Part shown: one piece after another, positions 12,753-26,652 of the stretch
How positions within the stretch are numbered: position 1 is the stretch's first letter
Layout: each line of letters opens with the position of its first letter
Assembly: GCA_009914755.4 (NCBI GenBank)
Contig: CP068257.2
Coordinates: forward strand, 14,816,001-14,880,000
Direction of reading: 5' to 3'
Length of the DNA: 64,000 nt
Origin: the human T2T-CHM13v2.0 reference genome, Homo sapiens
The notes under the pieces: model-generated
Told to the model about the DNA's origin: nothing
Database searches by the model: none
Seen by the model: only the letters and a program-made list of their open reading frames with translations
Position numbers and translations under genes: made by a program

Positions 12753-15122
12753 CATCAGATATTTTGCAATCAAGCATGTGTTAAAAATTTTGCAAAGTGT
12801 CTGTTGTTATCCATTTCACAGAAAGATCAGATGGTGACATAAAGGAGAATCTCAGGTCCAAATGTCCAAAATAGCAGAAGCAAGGTGATAATTGATAGCC
12901 TTTAGGAAGCATTATGACCTCGTATTTTGTTCTTTTCCTTCGTAATCTTCCTAGTTCTTCTAAAAATGTGATCCCAACCCCTCACTTCCATATTTGCCTG
13001 TATTATTTCTTTTCATAGCACTTCACCACCATTGATGGTACATATTTATTTATCAATTTATTACTTTTGGTAGTATATAACGTCTGTAAAGCAAGAGTTT
13101 GTTATTTTGTATGTAGTCTTCTCTTAATAAAAATTATTAATTATTTTGTATTTTCCATGATATAATTTGGGATAATTTTTAGAAATGAAATATCATACAT
13201 TCCATTAATTGCGGTCAAAAGAAAATGCATTTAAAGAGGATATATGCATGTGTGTTTTTCAACAAGTAAGGTTAAACTTACTTTGTAACGTATAAAATAA
13301 ACATAGCTAAAAACTATACTAAAAGTGTGATTTTAAAACTGTGATTTAAAAATACAGCACATTTTACTTAAATGGAGATTTTTGTTCTAGAAAGATATTG
13401 AACATGACAATCTGACAATCTGTCCTTGGGACACTGTCACTGCTATTCTCAGATCAGCTGACGAGACCTCAGCTGGGCCTCTGCAAGTTGCTTAAGAACA
13501 CTTCTAGAACCATCCTAATGGGCATGTTCCAACTGTCACTTGGAAAAAAATGATCACTTGAGATCAATCTGTACAGCAGGTCTTCTGGCAGAAAACCAGT
13601 CATATCATTCTCTCCAAAAGAGGCTTTGTGGGGAAAAGGCCTTATCACATTCCTTGGACATGAAGTTACTGTTGGAACCATGCTCGTCTCAAACCATTCT
13701 ATCACCATGCCAAAAAGCTGCAGCTTCTGAAAGGTCAGAAATGGCCTTATAATGACTTAGACCATCTTATGATTGTTAGGAAGTGAAGATAGTTATAATA
13801 CTATAAAAGCTTTGGGTCTTTTACCCTTTCATGAGCAGAAACTGTGTGTTATTAACTAAACCACAACTTCCTGATATAAATATCAGAGAGACCAAAGCTA
13901 GGAGACTAATATTAACTCTAATCCTATCCTGGACTTGGATTCAGAGTGTAGAATTGGGTTATTCAAATTGTAGAATATTAAAGAGAAAATGGAGTGCACA
14001 AAAGGCTAAGAGGAAAAAATATATATTTCTTATGAACAAAAATTCACAATTGTTGCATATGCATTGTTAATAATGTGGGGAAATTTATATTTTTTAATTA
14101 AGCTTTATTTTTTAACCTGGTGTTTATTCTTCTGCATTAATTAAATAGAAGAATATATGTTTTGAATTTTAAAATATACTGCTAGTAGGCATTACTTGAT
14201 TTGAATCATGAAGAGGAGCTGGGAGGTGAATCTCAAAACTGAAAAATTGGAGCATTTCAATAATCCTCATTTTTAAAGTGGCAATGCCAAGCTTTGCAGA
14301 AAATCAAAAGAAAGCATGTGCTGTGATAATAAAATTAGACTTTACTCATAAATATTATAGTGCACATCTTAATTCCTTTATGCATCTGTAAAATAAGTGG
14401 ACTTATCTAGACAATCAAAAAGTTTTTAACTCAGTTAACCTACGAATGATAATATATTTAAAAATACTGTTTTAATAAACATGTTAACTATAATTTCCTA
14501 TGTATTCATTATAAAGAGTATGTTTGTTTTGTGTCAAAGGTGCATAGTATAGACATTGTAATATTGTTTATTTGCTCCTATGCACTTTTGTAAAAATGCT
14601 AAGGTCTATTTTGTCCCTATTCTTCAACTGTGAGCAACTTGCTTTCCTTGTAGAATATCAACTTCTTATGACCGCTTATCCTGATGAAAAAGCTAAAGCT
14701 TTTTGTAATGAAAGATAGAATACAGTTGCACGATATTTTAAATTCTTTTGATTGTTCAAACGTTGATTTTCTAAACTAGGAGATTGTTAATTTTTTAAAT
14801 AGGACATTGTTTTGAAGATACTTTTGGTTGCATCTTCATAAACAATTCTCTCTTCAGTGAAAGAGAAAGGGAGCAGAGAACAAGAAGAGAGTTTCTAAGT
14901 AATTTATATAACAAACTAGTAATTTGATTTATCTCTTTGTCCTTCAACTGTCTGCAAAATCTTGCCTTCCACATTCTGCTAATCTTGTCTTAAATTGGTA
15001 GTCACTTACACCATGTATGTCACTTTGAAACTTGCAGGTGTGTTTATTTTCCATCATCTTTATTTTGGAGATAGTGAAAAAGCCAAAAATCTCACCTCCA
15101 ATTAAGAAAAATATTCTTCTAA

Positions 15123-15350
<228 letters not shown>

Positions 15351-16609
15351 TGAGATGATGGATTAGAAGAATAGATTTCAGTGTTTAAGCACATTTGCTT
15401 GTGCAAAGCATAATTGTGTCCACCTGCAGTAGTGTGTGTATGTGCATAAATTTATATATCTATAAAATAAGAATGCTGAACTATACTCACATGACTGTTC
15501 ATAGAAAAATGTAGACACACTTTGTGCTTTACCAATTACTGCTATTTCAAAAAACACATTTCTTTATAATTCATTCTGTGACTTTATTCCTCTTAAATAT
15601 GGTTGGGTCAAGTTACTTAAACTTTGGCACAAAAAATGTTTGTCTCAGCATTCTTTTTTAATGATTTAGGCAGAATTGAAAAACTCGAGTCATAAGATCC
15701 AGTGAATACACCTCATTATTAAATAATGCTGTTTCTTGTTACAGCTACTAGCTGCTCTAGCTGGGTACCCTGGCTCGAACTCTCAAATCATTTAAAGCCT
15801 ACATTTTAAAAACAGTTTTAAATCTAATCTCTTTTTTATATCTGATATGACTTTTAAGCTTACTACATTCATCCTCTGACATTCTGCAAGGGAAACATGA
15901 ATTAATCATTGAGTTTGTCCAACAAGGAAAGATGCATCTTACTGATACTGTGAGCTTCCAGTGTGGTACACACAAGCTGTTTCTGAGATTATAGCACAAG
16001 CAAACATTCCCACAGCTATTGTGTTGCTGTTTGCTCAGTTCCCAGTCTCTTAGAATTCCAGGTTGTGATAGTACAGCAGTGGAATCTATGCTTATGTAGT
16101 GTTGATTCTGTTATTGTACTCACTGCAAACCTAGAGGTTACTATCTGTTAATAGCAAAACAAACTTGGCCAAGGGTTATTATGATGTATCTTCTGAAAGC
16201 ATTTACCAGAAACAGTTTGTTAATTGTTACAAAAATTGTATTTTATTTCATAGTCACAAATGTTTATATATTTTTAAAAATATGAAATGTAGCCAGAGAG
16301 AAAATAATAATTCCGTTATTGCTTATAATTTGACAGATCAATTTAGAATGAGGAAGCATATTTTAAAGAGCAAATGGTACATTTTCTTTGTCTGAAGTCT
16401 GCCTAGAAAACAGATTTTATGTGACGGACTACTGGGTGGCTTCTTTCATATCCAGCTAGTAGTGTTATTGACTGATTTTGCCAGCTCTGCAGCTCATGTG
16501 CTTTTTAACTTAATTTTTGTTCCCGCTTTCTCTCATTGATTTGTAAGCAGCTTAAGATCAGAATGCTGTCATCTAATTCATTGGTATCTCCCTCCAAGGA
16601 ATGGAGTTT

Positions 16610-19344
16610 TATTTTATGTTAAAATTTTTTTCTGGGTACAGAGTAGGTGTGTATATTTATGTGGTACATGAGATGTTTTGATATAAGCATGCAATGTGAA
16701 ATAAGCACATCATCAAGAATGGAGTATCTATCACCTTCATTGAGCTGCAAACAATCCAATTACACTATTATTTTAAAATGTTATTCTTCAATATAGTCAC
16801 CATGTTGTGTTATCAAATAGTAGCTCTTATTCATTCTTTCTATTTTTTAAAAAATGTTTTTACCCATTCACCATCCCCGCCTCTACCCACAATCCCCCAC
16901 TACCACTTCCCAGCTTCTGGTACCTATCCTTTCTACTCTCTCTGTCCATGACTTCAGTCTTTTTGATTTTTAGATCCCCAAAACAACTGAGAACATGGGT
17001 GTTTGTCTTTCTGTGCCTGGATTATTTCACTTAACGATCTCCAGTACCATCCATGTTGTTGCAAATGACAGGATATCATTCTTTTTTATAGCTGAATAAT
17101 ACTCCATTGTGTATATGTATATGTACCACATTATCTTTATCCATTCATCTGTTGATAGACACTTATGTCGTTTTCAACTCTTAGCTATTGTAAATAGTGC
17201 TGCAACAAACATAGGTGTGCAGATAGCTCTTCAATATTCTCATTTCCTTTCTTTTAGGTATATAACCAGCAATGAAATTGCTGGATCATGTAGTAGCTCA
17301 ATTTTTGTTTTTTGAGGAAACTCCAAACTGTTCTCCATAGTGGTTGTACAAATTTACATTCCACCCAACAGTGTACAAGGATTCTCTTTTGTCCACATCC
17401 TCGCAAGCATTTGTTACTGCCTGTATTTTGGACATAAGCCATTTTAACTGAGGTGAGATGATATCTCATTATAGTTTTGATTTGCATTTCTCTGATGATG
17501 AGTAATGTTGAGCACCTTTTCGTATGCTGCTTTGCCATTTGTATGTCTTCTTTTGAGAAATGTCTCTTCAAAACTTGCCCATCTTTTGACTGGATTATTA
17601 TTTTTTTTCCTAGAGTTGTGTGAGTTCCTTATATATTCCAGTTATTAATTCCTTATCACATGGGTAGTTTGAAAATATTTTCTCCCATTCTCTGTGGATT
17701 GTCTCTTCACTTTGTTGATTGTATTCTTTACTGGGCAGAATCTTTTAAACTTGGTGTGATCCCATTTGTCCATGTTTGCTTTGGTTGCCTGTGCTTGTGG
17801 AGTATTGCTCAAGAAGTCTTTGCCTAGACCCATGTTGTAGAGCTTTCCCCCATGTTTTCTTGTAGTACTTTCACAGTTTGAGGTCTTAGACTTAAGTCTT
17901 CAATCCATTTTGATTTGATTTGAGAGAGACAGGGGTCTAGTTTTGTTTTTGCATATGGATATCCAGTTTTCACAGCACTATTTATTGAAGAGACTGTCTT
18001 TTTCCCAGTGTATGTTCTTGGCACCTTTGTAAAAAAAAAAAAAAAAAAATGAGTTCACTGTAGGTGCGTGGATTTGTGCCTGAGTTTTCTATTCTGTTCC
18101 ACTGTTCTATGTGTCTGTTTTTATGCCAGTACCATGCTGCTTTTGTTACCATAGCTCTGTAGTATAATTTGAGGTCAGGTAATGTGATTCCTCCAGTTTT
18201 ATTCTTTTTGCTTAGGATAGCTTTGGCTATTCTCGGTCTTTTGTGGTTCCATATTAGTATGAGGATTGATTTTTTTCTATTTCTTTGAAGAATGTCATGG
18301 GAATTTTGATAGGGATTACACTGAATCTATAGATTTCTTTGGGTAGAATGGACATTTTAACAATATTGATTTTCCAATCCTTGAACATGGATTTGTTTTT
18401 TCATTTTTTTTTTGATGTACTCTTCAACTTCTTTCATCAATTTATAGTTTTCGTTATAGAGATCTTTTACTTGTTTGGTTAAGTTAGTTCCTGCATATTT
18501 AATTTTATATATGATTATCATAAATGGGATTTTTTAAATATTTCCTTTTCAGATTGTTCACTGTTGGTATATAGAAATGCTACTGGTTTTTATATGGTGA
18601 TTTTGTATCCTGCAACTTTACTGAATTTATCAGTTCTAATAGTTTTGGGGGGAGTCTTTAGATTTTTCCAGATATAAGATCTTATCATCTGCAAACAAGG
18701 ATAATTTTACTTATCCTCCTTTTCAATTTGGATGAGCTTTATATCTTTCTCTTGTTTGATTGCTGTAGCGAGGATTTACAGTGCAATGTTGAATAACAGT
18801 GATGGCAATGGTCATTCTTATATATTCCCAATCTTAGAGGAAAAATTTTCAGTATTTCCTCATTCAGTATGATACTAGTTATGGGTCTGTCATATGTGGC
18901 TTTTGTTATGTTGAGGTATATTTCTTCTATGCCCAGTTTTTTTAGGGTTTTTATTATGAAGGGATGCTGAATTTTATCAAATGCTTTTTCAGCATCAATT
19001 GAAATAATCACATGGTTTTTATCCTTCATACTCTTGATAGGATGTATCACATTGATTGGTTTGCATATGTTGAACCATCCTTGCATCCCAGGGATTAATG
19101 AGTGATTTTTGTAATATATTGTTATAATGATTGATTTTTGTAATGTGTTGTTGAATTCTGTTTGTTAGTATTTTATTGAGAATTTTTTCATCAATATTCA
19201 TCAGCAATATTGGCTTGTGGTTTTCTATTTTTGATGTGTCTTTGTCTGGTTTTCATATCAGGATAATACCACCCTCATACAATGTGTTTGGAAGTATTTT
19301 CTTTGCTTTTATTTTTTAAAATAGTTTGAGTAAGATTGGTATAA
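16610..19344 (-). mobile_element. L1 (older L1P/L1M-type), 5'-truncated, antisense; non-coding remnant
   Basis: The 3'-UTR appears in reverse complement at 16610-17250: 'ggtacatgagatgttttgatataagcatgcaatgtgaaataagcacatcatcaagaatggagtatctatcacc...'. ORF2 remnants are translated on the minus strand by the ORF track in the correct N-to-C order toward lower coordinates: '[23 protein letters not shown]' (18739-19086), 'QENMGE...' (17824-18024), 'LGKDFLS.TPQAQATKA..DKWD' (17645-17833), '[38 protein letters not shown]' (17254-17571). Numerous stops and frameshifts are present. An internal A19 run lies at 18032-18050. Confidence 0.85.
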
Positions 19345-21096
19345 GTTCTTTTTTTTAATTTCAATAGGTTTTTGGGGAACAGATAGTGTTTGGTTACATT
19401 ATTAAGTTCTTTAGTGGTGATTTTTTGATGCATCCAACACCCAAGCAGTGTACCATGTACCCAGTGTGTAGTCTTTTATCCTTCATCCTTCTCCTACCAT
19501 TTTCCCCAAGTTGCCAAAGTCCATTGTATCATTCTTATGCCTTTGCATCCTTATAGCTTTGCATCCCACTTATGAGTGAGAACATACAATGTTTGGATTT
19601 CCATTCCTGAAATATTTCGCTTAGAATAATGGTCTCCAATTCCCTGTGAATGCCATTATTTCATTCTTTTTTAATGGCTGAGTAGTATTCAATGGTGTGT
19701 GTATATATATATATAAATTGTGGTATATATATACACACCACAATTTTTTAATCCATTGGTCGATTAATGGGCATTTGTGCTGGTTCCAATTTTTGCAACT
19801 GCAATTTGTGCTACGATAAACTTGTGTGTGCAAATATCTTTTTCCTGTAATCACTACTTTTCTGCTGAGTAGATACCCAATATGGGATTACTGAATCAAA
19901 TGGTAGTTCTACTTTAGTTCTTTAAGGAATCTCCACACTGTTTTCCATAGTGGTTGTACTAGTTTTCATTTTCATCAGCAGTGTAAAAGTGCTCCCTTTC
20001 CACCACATTCATGCCAACATCTATTTTTTTTTATTTTTTGATTCTGTGAAGAATGATGGTGTTATTTTGAAGGAAATTGCGTTAAATTTGTAGACTGCTT
20101 TTGATTCTGGCCATTCTTGCAGGAGTGAGATGGTATCGCATTGTGATTTGGATTTGCATTTCCCTGATCATTAGTGATGTTGAGCATTTTTTCATATGTT
20201 TGTTGGCCATTTGTATATCTTCTATTGAGAATTGTCTATTTATGTCCTTAGTTCACTTTTTAATGAGATTGTTTGTTTTCTTCTTGCTGATTTGTTTGAG
20301 TTCCTTGTAGATTCTGGATATTAGTCCTGTGCTGGATGTATAGCTTGCAAAGATGTTCTCGCACTCTGTGGTTTGTCTGTTTACTCTGCCGGATGTTTCT
20401 TTGCTATGCAGAAGCATTTTAGTTTAATTAAGTTCCATCTATTTTTCTTTGTTTTTGCTGCATTTGCTTTTGGGTTCTTGGTCATGAAGTGTTTGCTTAA
20501 ACCAATATCTAGAAGGGTTTTTCCAATGTTAACTTATAGAATCTTTATGGTTTCAGTTCTTAGATTTAAGTCCTTGATCTATCTTGTGTTTATTGTTGTA
20601 CGAAGTGAGAAATGAGGATTCAGTTTCATTCTTCTACAAGTGGCTTGCTAATAATTATCACAGCATCATTTCTCAAATAGAGTGTCTTTTCCATACTTTG
20701 TGTTTTTGTTTGCTTTGTGAAAAATCAGTTGGCTGCAAGTATTTGGCTTTATTTCTGGGTTCTCTTTTCTGTTACATTGGTCTATGTGCCTATTTTTATA
20801 CCAGTAGCATGCTGTTTTGGTGACTATGGCCTTATAGTATAGTTTGAAGTCAGGTAATGTGCTATGCCTTCAGATTTGTTATTTTTGCTTAGTCTTGCTT
20901 TGGCTATGTGGGCTCTATTTTGGTTCCATATGAATTTTAAGATTTGTTTTTATAGTTCTGTAAAGAATGTTGGTGTTATTTTGATGGGAATTGCATTGAA
21001 TTTGTAGAGCTTTGGGCAGTGTTGCCATTTTCACAATATTGATTCTACCAATGCATGAGCATGGGATGTGTTTCCCTTTATTTGTGTTGTCTGTGA

Positions 21097-21588
<492 letters not shown>

Positions 21589-23481
21589 AGGGGTTGAGTT
21601 ATTGATTTGATTCTCAGCTTGGTCGATTTTGGTGTATAGAAGAGCTACTGATTTGTGTACATTAATTTTGTATCTGGAGACTTTGCTGAATTCTTTCATC
21701 AGTTCTAGGAACTTTCTGGAGGAGTCTTTAGGGTTTTATAGGTAAACAATTATATGATCAGCAAACAGTGACAGTTTGACTTCCTCTTTACTGATTTGGA
21801 TGCCCTTTATTTCTTTCTCTTGTCTGATTGCTCTGGCTAGGACTTTCAGTACGATGTTGAAGAGGAGTGGTGAGAGTGGGCATCTTTGTCTTGTTTCAAT
21901 TCTCAGAGGGAATTCTTTCAACTTTCCCCCATGCAGTATTATGTTGGCTGTGGGTTTGTTACACATGGCTTTTATTACATTATATGCCAGTTTTGCTGAG
22001 AGTCTTAATCATAAAGGATGTTGGGTTTTGTCAAGTGCTTTTTCTGCATCTATTGAGATGATCATGTGATTTTTGTTTTTAATTCTGTTTATGTGGTGTA
22101 TCACATTTACTGACTTGTGTATGTTAAATCATTCCTGCATTCCTGATTTGAAACTCACTTAATTGTGGTGGATTATCTTTTTGAAATGTTGTTGGATTTG
22201 GTTAGCTAGTATTGTGTTAATGATTTTAACATCTATGTTCATCAGGGACATTGTTCTGTAGTTTTCTTTTTTGGTTATGTCCTTTCCTGGTTTTCGTATT
22301 TGGGTGATATAGGCTTCATATGAATAGAATAATTTAGAGAGGATTCCCTCTTTCTGTATCTTGTGGAATAGTGTCAATAGATAGTACCAGTTCTTCTTTG
22401 AAAGTCTGATGTAATTCAGCTGTGAATCCAACAGGTCCTAGACTTTTCTTTTGTTGTCGGCAATTTTTTTTTTTTTAGCACCATTTCAATCTTGCTGCTT
22501 GTTATTGGTCTGTTCAGAGTTTCTATTTCTTCCTGGTTTAATCTTGGAGGGTTGTATATTTCCAGGAATGTACCCATCTCCTTTAGGTTTTCTAGTTTAT
22601 GCATTTAAAGGTGTTCATGGTAGCCTTGCATGATCTTTTGTATTTCTGTGGTATTGGTTGTAATATCTCCTGTTTCATTTCTAATTGAGCTTATTTTGGA
22701 TCTTCCCTCTTCTTTTCTTGGTTAATCTCACTAATGGTCTATCAATTTTATTTATATTTTTAAATAACCAGCTTTTTGTTTCATTTATTTTTTGTGATTT
22801 TTTTTGTTTCAGTTTTATTTAGTTCTGCTCTGATTTTTGCTATTTCTTTTCTTCTGCTGGGTTTGGTTTTGGTTTGTTCTTGTTTCTCTAGTTTTTCAAG
22901 GTATAACCTTAGATTGTCTATTTGTGCTCTTTCAGACTTATTGATGTAGGTATTTAAAGCTGTGAACTTTCCTCTTAGCACTGCCTTTGCCATATCTCAG
23001 AGGTTTTGATATGTTGTGTCACTATTATTCAATTCAAAGAATTTTTAAATTTAAATTTCCATCTTGATTTTATTGTTGACCCAGTGATCATTCAGGAGCA
23101 GGTTATTTAATCTCCATGTATTTCCATGGTTTTAAGGTTTCCTTCTGGAGTTGATTTCCAATTTTATTCCACTGTGGTCTGAGAGCACCTGATATAATTT
23201 CAGTTTTCTTAAATGTATTGAGACTTGTTTTGTCTCAATTATTATATGGTCTATCTTGGCGAATGTTCCATGCACTGATAAATAGAGTGTACATTCTGCA
23301 GTTGTTGGGTAGAATGTTCTGTAAATTTCTGTTAAGTCCGTTTGTTGTAGAGTATAGTTCAAATCCATTGTGTCTTTTTTGACTTTCTGTCTTGATGGCC
23401 TGTCTAGTACTGTCAGTGGAGTATTGAAGTCCCTCACTATTGTTGTGTTGCTGCCTATCTCATTTCTTAGGTCTAGTAGTA

Positions 23482-23807
23482 GTTTTATAAATTTGGGAGC
23501 CCCAGTGTTAGGTGCGTGTATATGTATATGCTAGGTGTGTGTGTGTGTATATATATGTTATATATATGTTATATATGTTATATATTATATATATGTTATA
23601 TATATGTTATATATATGTTTTATATATATATGTTAGGTGCATATATGTATATATATGTGTATATATACAGGATTGTGATATTTTCCTGTTGCACTAGTTC
23701 TCTTATCATTATATAATGTCCCTCTTTTTCTTTTTAATTGCTGTTGCTTTAAAGTTTGTTTTGTCTGATATAAGTTTTATAAATTTGGGAGCCCCAATGT
23801 TAGGTGC

Positions 23808-23860
<53 letters not shown>

Positions 23861-24190
23861 AGGTGCACATATATATATATGTAATATATATATGTTTTAT
23901 ATATATATGTTATATATGTTATATATATGTTTTATATATATGTTATATATATGTTTTATATATGTGTTATATATATGTTTTATATATGTGTTATATATAT
24001 GTTTTATATATATATGTTAGGTGTGTATATGTATACGTATATATGTATACATATACGTATATATACATATATATACACATATATATAGGATTGTGATATT
24101 TTCCTGTTACACTAGTCCTCTTATCATTATATAATGTCCTTCTTTGTCTTTTTAATTGCTATTGCTTTAAAGTTTGTTTTGTCTGATGTA
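23482..24190. repeat. Internal tandem duplication (two copies, unit about 290-420 bp) inside L1, each copy carrying an expanded (TA)n/(TATATG)n microsatellite
   Basis: The unit 'ttttataaatttgggagcccca(g/a)tgttaggtgcgtg[TA-rich microsatellite]aggattgtgatattttcctgtt(g/a)cactagt(t/c)ctcttatcattatataatgtcc(c/t)tct...ttttaattgct(g/a)ttgctttaaagtttgttttgtctgat(a/g)taag' occurs twice in tandem. The microsatellites lie at about 23515-23690 and 23808-24085. Confidence 0.85.
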
Positions 24191-26357
24191 AGAATAGCTA
24201 TTCCTGCTTGTTTTTGGTGTCCACTTGCATAGAATAACTTTTTCCACCCCTCTACCTAAAGTTTATGTGAGTCCTTATGCATTAGGTGAGTCTCTTGAAG
24301 ACAGCACATACTTAGTTGGTGAATTCTTATCCATTCTGTGATTTTGTGTCTTTTAAGTGGAGCATTTATGTCATTTACACTCAATGTTAGTATTGAGATG
24401 TGAGGTACTTTTCTTTCCATCATGCTAATTCTTGCCTGAATCCTTTGTTTTTTCAACTGTGTTTTTGTTTCATAGGTCCTGTGAGATTTATGTTTTAAGG
24501 AGGTTCTATTTTGGTGTATTTCAAGGATTCGTTTCAAGATTTAGAGCTCCTTTTAACAGTTCTTGTAGTGCTGGCTGGCTTGGTACTGTCAAATTCTCTC
24601 AGCAATTGTTTGAAAAAGACTATTTTTTCTTCCTTTATGAAGCTTAGTTTTGCTAGATACAAAATTCTTGGCTGATAATTGTTTTGTTTTAGGAGGCTGA
24701 AGATGGGGCTCCAATCCCTTCTAGCTTGTAGGGTTTCTTCTCAGAAACCCTCTTAGATATTGGTCTTAAAGCCTTGCCCTTGTGAGGGTATTTTCCAGAT
24801 TCTGTATGCATGCTTTATTGTTTTCTATTCTTTTATCTTTTGTCTCCTCTGACTGTATTTTTAAGTAGCCTGTTCTTCACACTCACAAATTTGTTCTTCT
24901 TCTTGATCTATTCTGCTATTAATGGACTCATGCATTCTTCATTATGCCAAATGCATTTTTCAGCTCAAGAATTTATGCTTCTTTTTGGTTATTTTGATCT
25001 CTTTGTTAAATTTTTCTGATATAATTTTGAATTGCTTCTCTGTGTTATCGTGAATTTCTTTGAGTTTACTCAACACAGCTATTTTGAATTCTCTGTCTGA
25101 AAGGTCACATATGTCTGTTTCTCCAGGATTGGTCCCTGGTGCCTTATTTAGTTCACCTGGTGACATCATGTTTTCCTGGATGGTACTGAAGCTAGTAGAT
25201 GTTCTTCAGTGCCTGGGCGTTGAAGAGTCAGGTATTTATTGTAGTCTTCAGTGTCTAGGCTTATTTGTAGCTGTCCAGAATTCTTGGGGAGGCTTACCAG
25301 ATATTTGAAAGAACTTGGGTGTTATGACCTAAGGCGTTTCTGGTATAGGGAGCATCCCAAGCCCAGTAACTCTGTGGTGCTTGCAGACTCACAGAGGTAC
25401 CAACTTGATGGTCTTGGACAAGATCCGGGAGAATTTTCTGGATTACCAGGCAAAAACTCTTGTTCTCTTTCCGTGCTTTCTCCCAAACATACAGTCTCTC
25501 TCTCTGTTCTGAGCCACCTAAAACTGGGAATGGAGTGACACAAGCACCCCTGTGGCCACCACCACTGTGACTGCACTGAGTCAGATGTGAAGACAGCACA
25601 CCGCTAGGTCTTGCACGGGCCTGCTGTAACCATTCCCTGGCTACTGCCTATGTTCACTCAAGGCCCCACAATCAGCGGGTGGCAAAGGCAGCCAAGAATG
25701 GTCAAGGAAAGGAGTTTTAAATGAGGTGGATACAGTAAATGTTGATGACATAGATTATTCAGGCAGAAATATGATGTTTCATCAAGCGGATGGAACTTAT
25801 CAAGAAGAAAATACATAATTCTACTTCCTTTACTTCTTTCCAATCTTGGAAATTATGAAGGGTTAAAAAACTTAATGTTGTGAAATGGGTATGAGGAAGA
25901 GAGATGGAAATTTTACCCTTAGTTCTGCCGTGAACTAGTGATGTGACGTTGCTTTGCTTCTCTGTAAAGTGAGGAAGTTGAACCAGTTGATTTTTAAATT
26001 ACCTTCTAGTTATAAGACTAATGCTGTTTTAATGAAGGGCATCATAATTTTTAATAATAATTCTCTACACCAGATAATAGTCTGTTACATTTCTAGAATG
26101 TAAAACTTGGGCCACTTAAGCTGAAACCTTATGATCATGTCCACATAATGGATTTCAATCTCAGCACCTATTTTTTTAATAATTTAAAAAGATGTTATTA
26201 AATCTAAAAGTCTTAGTTTTGTCATTTTGTTATTTTTTAGCTGTTATTTTGTTTTATTGTAGCAATATGGAGTGATTTTTCTTTTTTCTTTTTACCTTTA
26301 CCAACTGTCAATTTAAACATTACTAAATTGACTAATCGTTTTGAATAACAATGAGTC

Positions 26358-26652
26358 TTTTTTTTTTTTTTTTAAATTTTGAGATGGAGTCTTGCTCTGT
26401 CACCCATGCTGGAGTGCAGTGGCATGATCTCAACTCACTGCCACCTCTGCCTCCTGGGCTCAAGTGATCCTCCCACTTCAGTCTCCTGAGTAGCTGAGGT
26501 GCCACCACCATGCCTGGCTAATTTTTGTATTTTTGATAGAGATGGGGTTTCACCATGTTGCCCAGGCTGGCCTTGAGCTCCGGAGCTCAAGCAATCAACC
26601 TGCCTCAGCCTCTCAACATGCTGGGATTACAAGCATGAGCCACCACGCCCCA
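26358..26652 (-). mobile_element. Alu SINE, antisense
   Basis: Poly-T, then 'gagatggagtcttgctctgtcacccatgctggagtgcagtggcatgatctcaactcactgc...gctgggattacaagcatgagccaccacgcccc'. Confidence 0.9.

Noticed and set aside
13400-13760. Moderately GC-richer stretch with overlapping 70-79-aa ORFs on both strands, considered as a possible exon
   Set aside because: There are no splice-site context, codon-bias or homology clues, and ORFs of this size are expected by chance. I cannot support an exon call.
19700-19750. Imperfect palindrome 'aattgtggtatatatatacacaccacaatt' with a flanking (TA)n run
   Set aside because: It lies within the L1 3'-UTR region. It is a short, imperfect, low-complexity TA tract and most likely arose by microsatellite slippage.
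23515-24085. Regularly spaced short repeats that could look CRISPR-like
   Set aside because: They are TA-rich microsatellite units inside a duplicated L1 segment in a primate genome. There are no spacers of unique sequence and no cas context.
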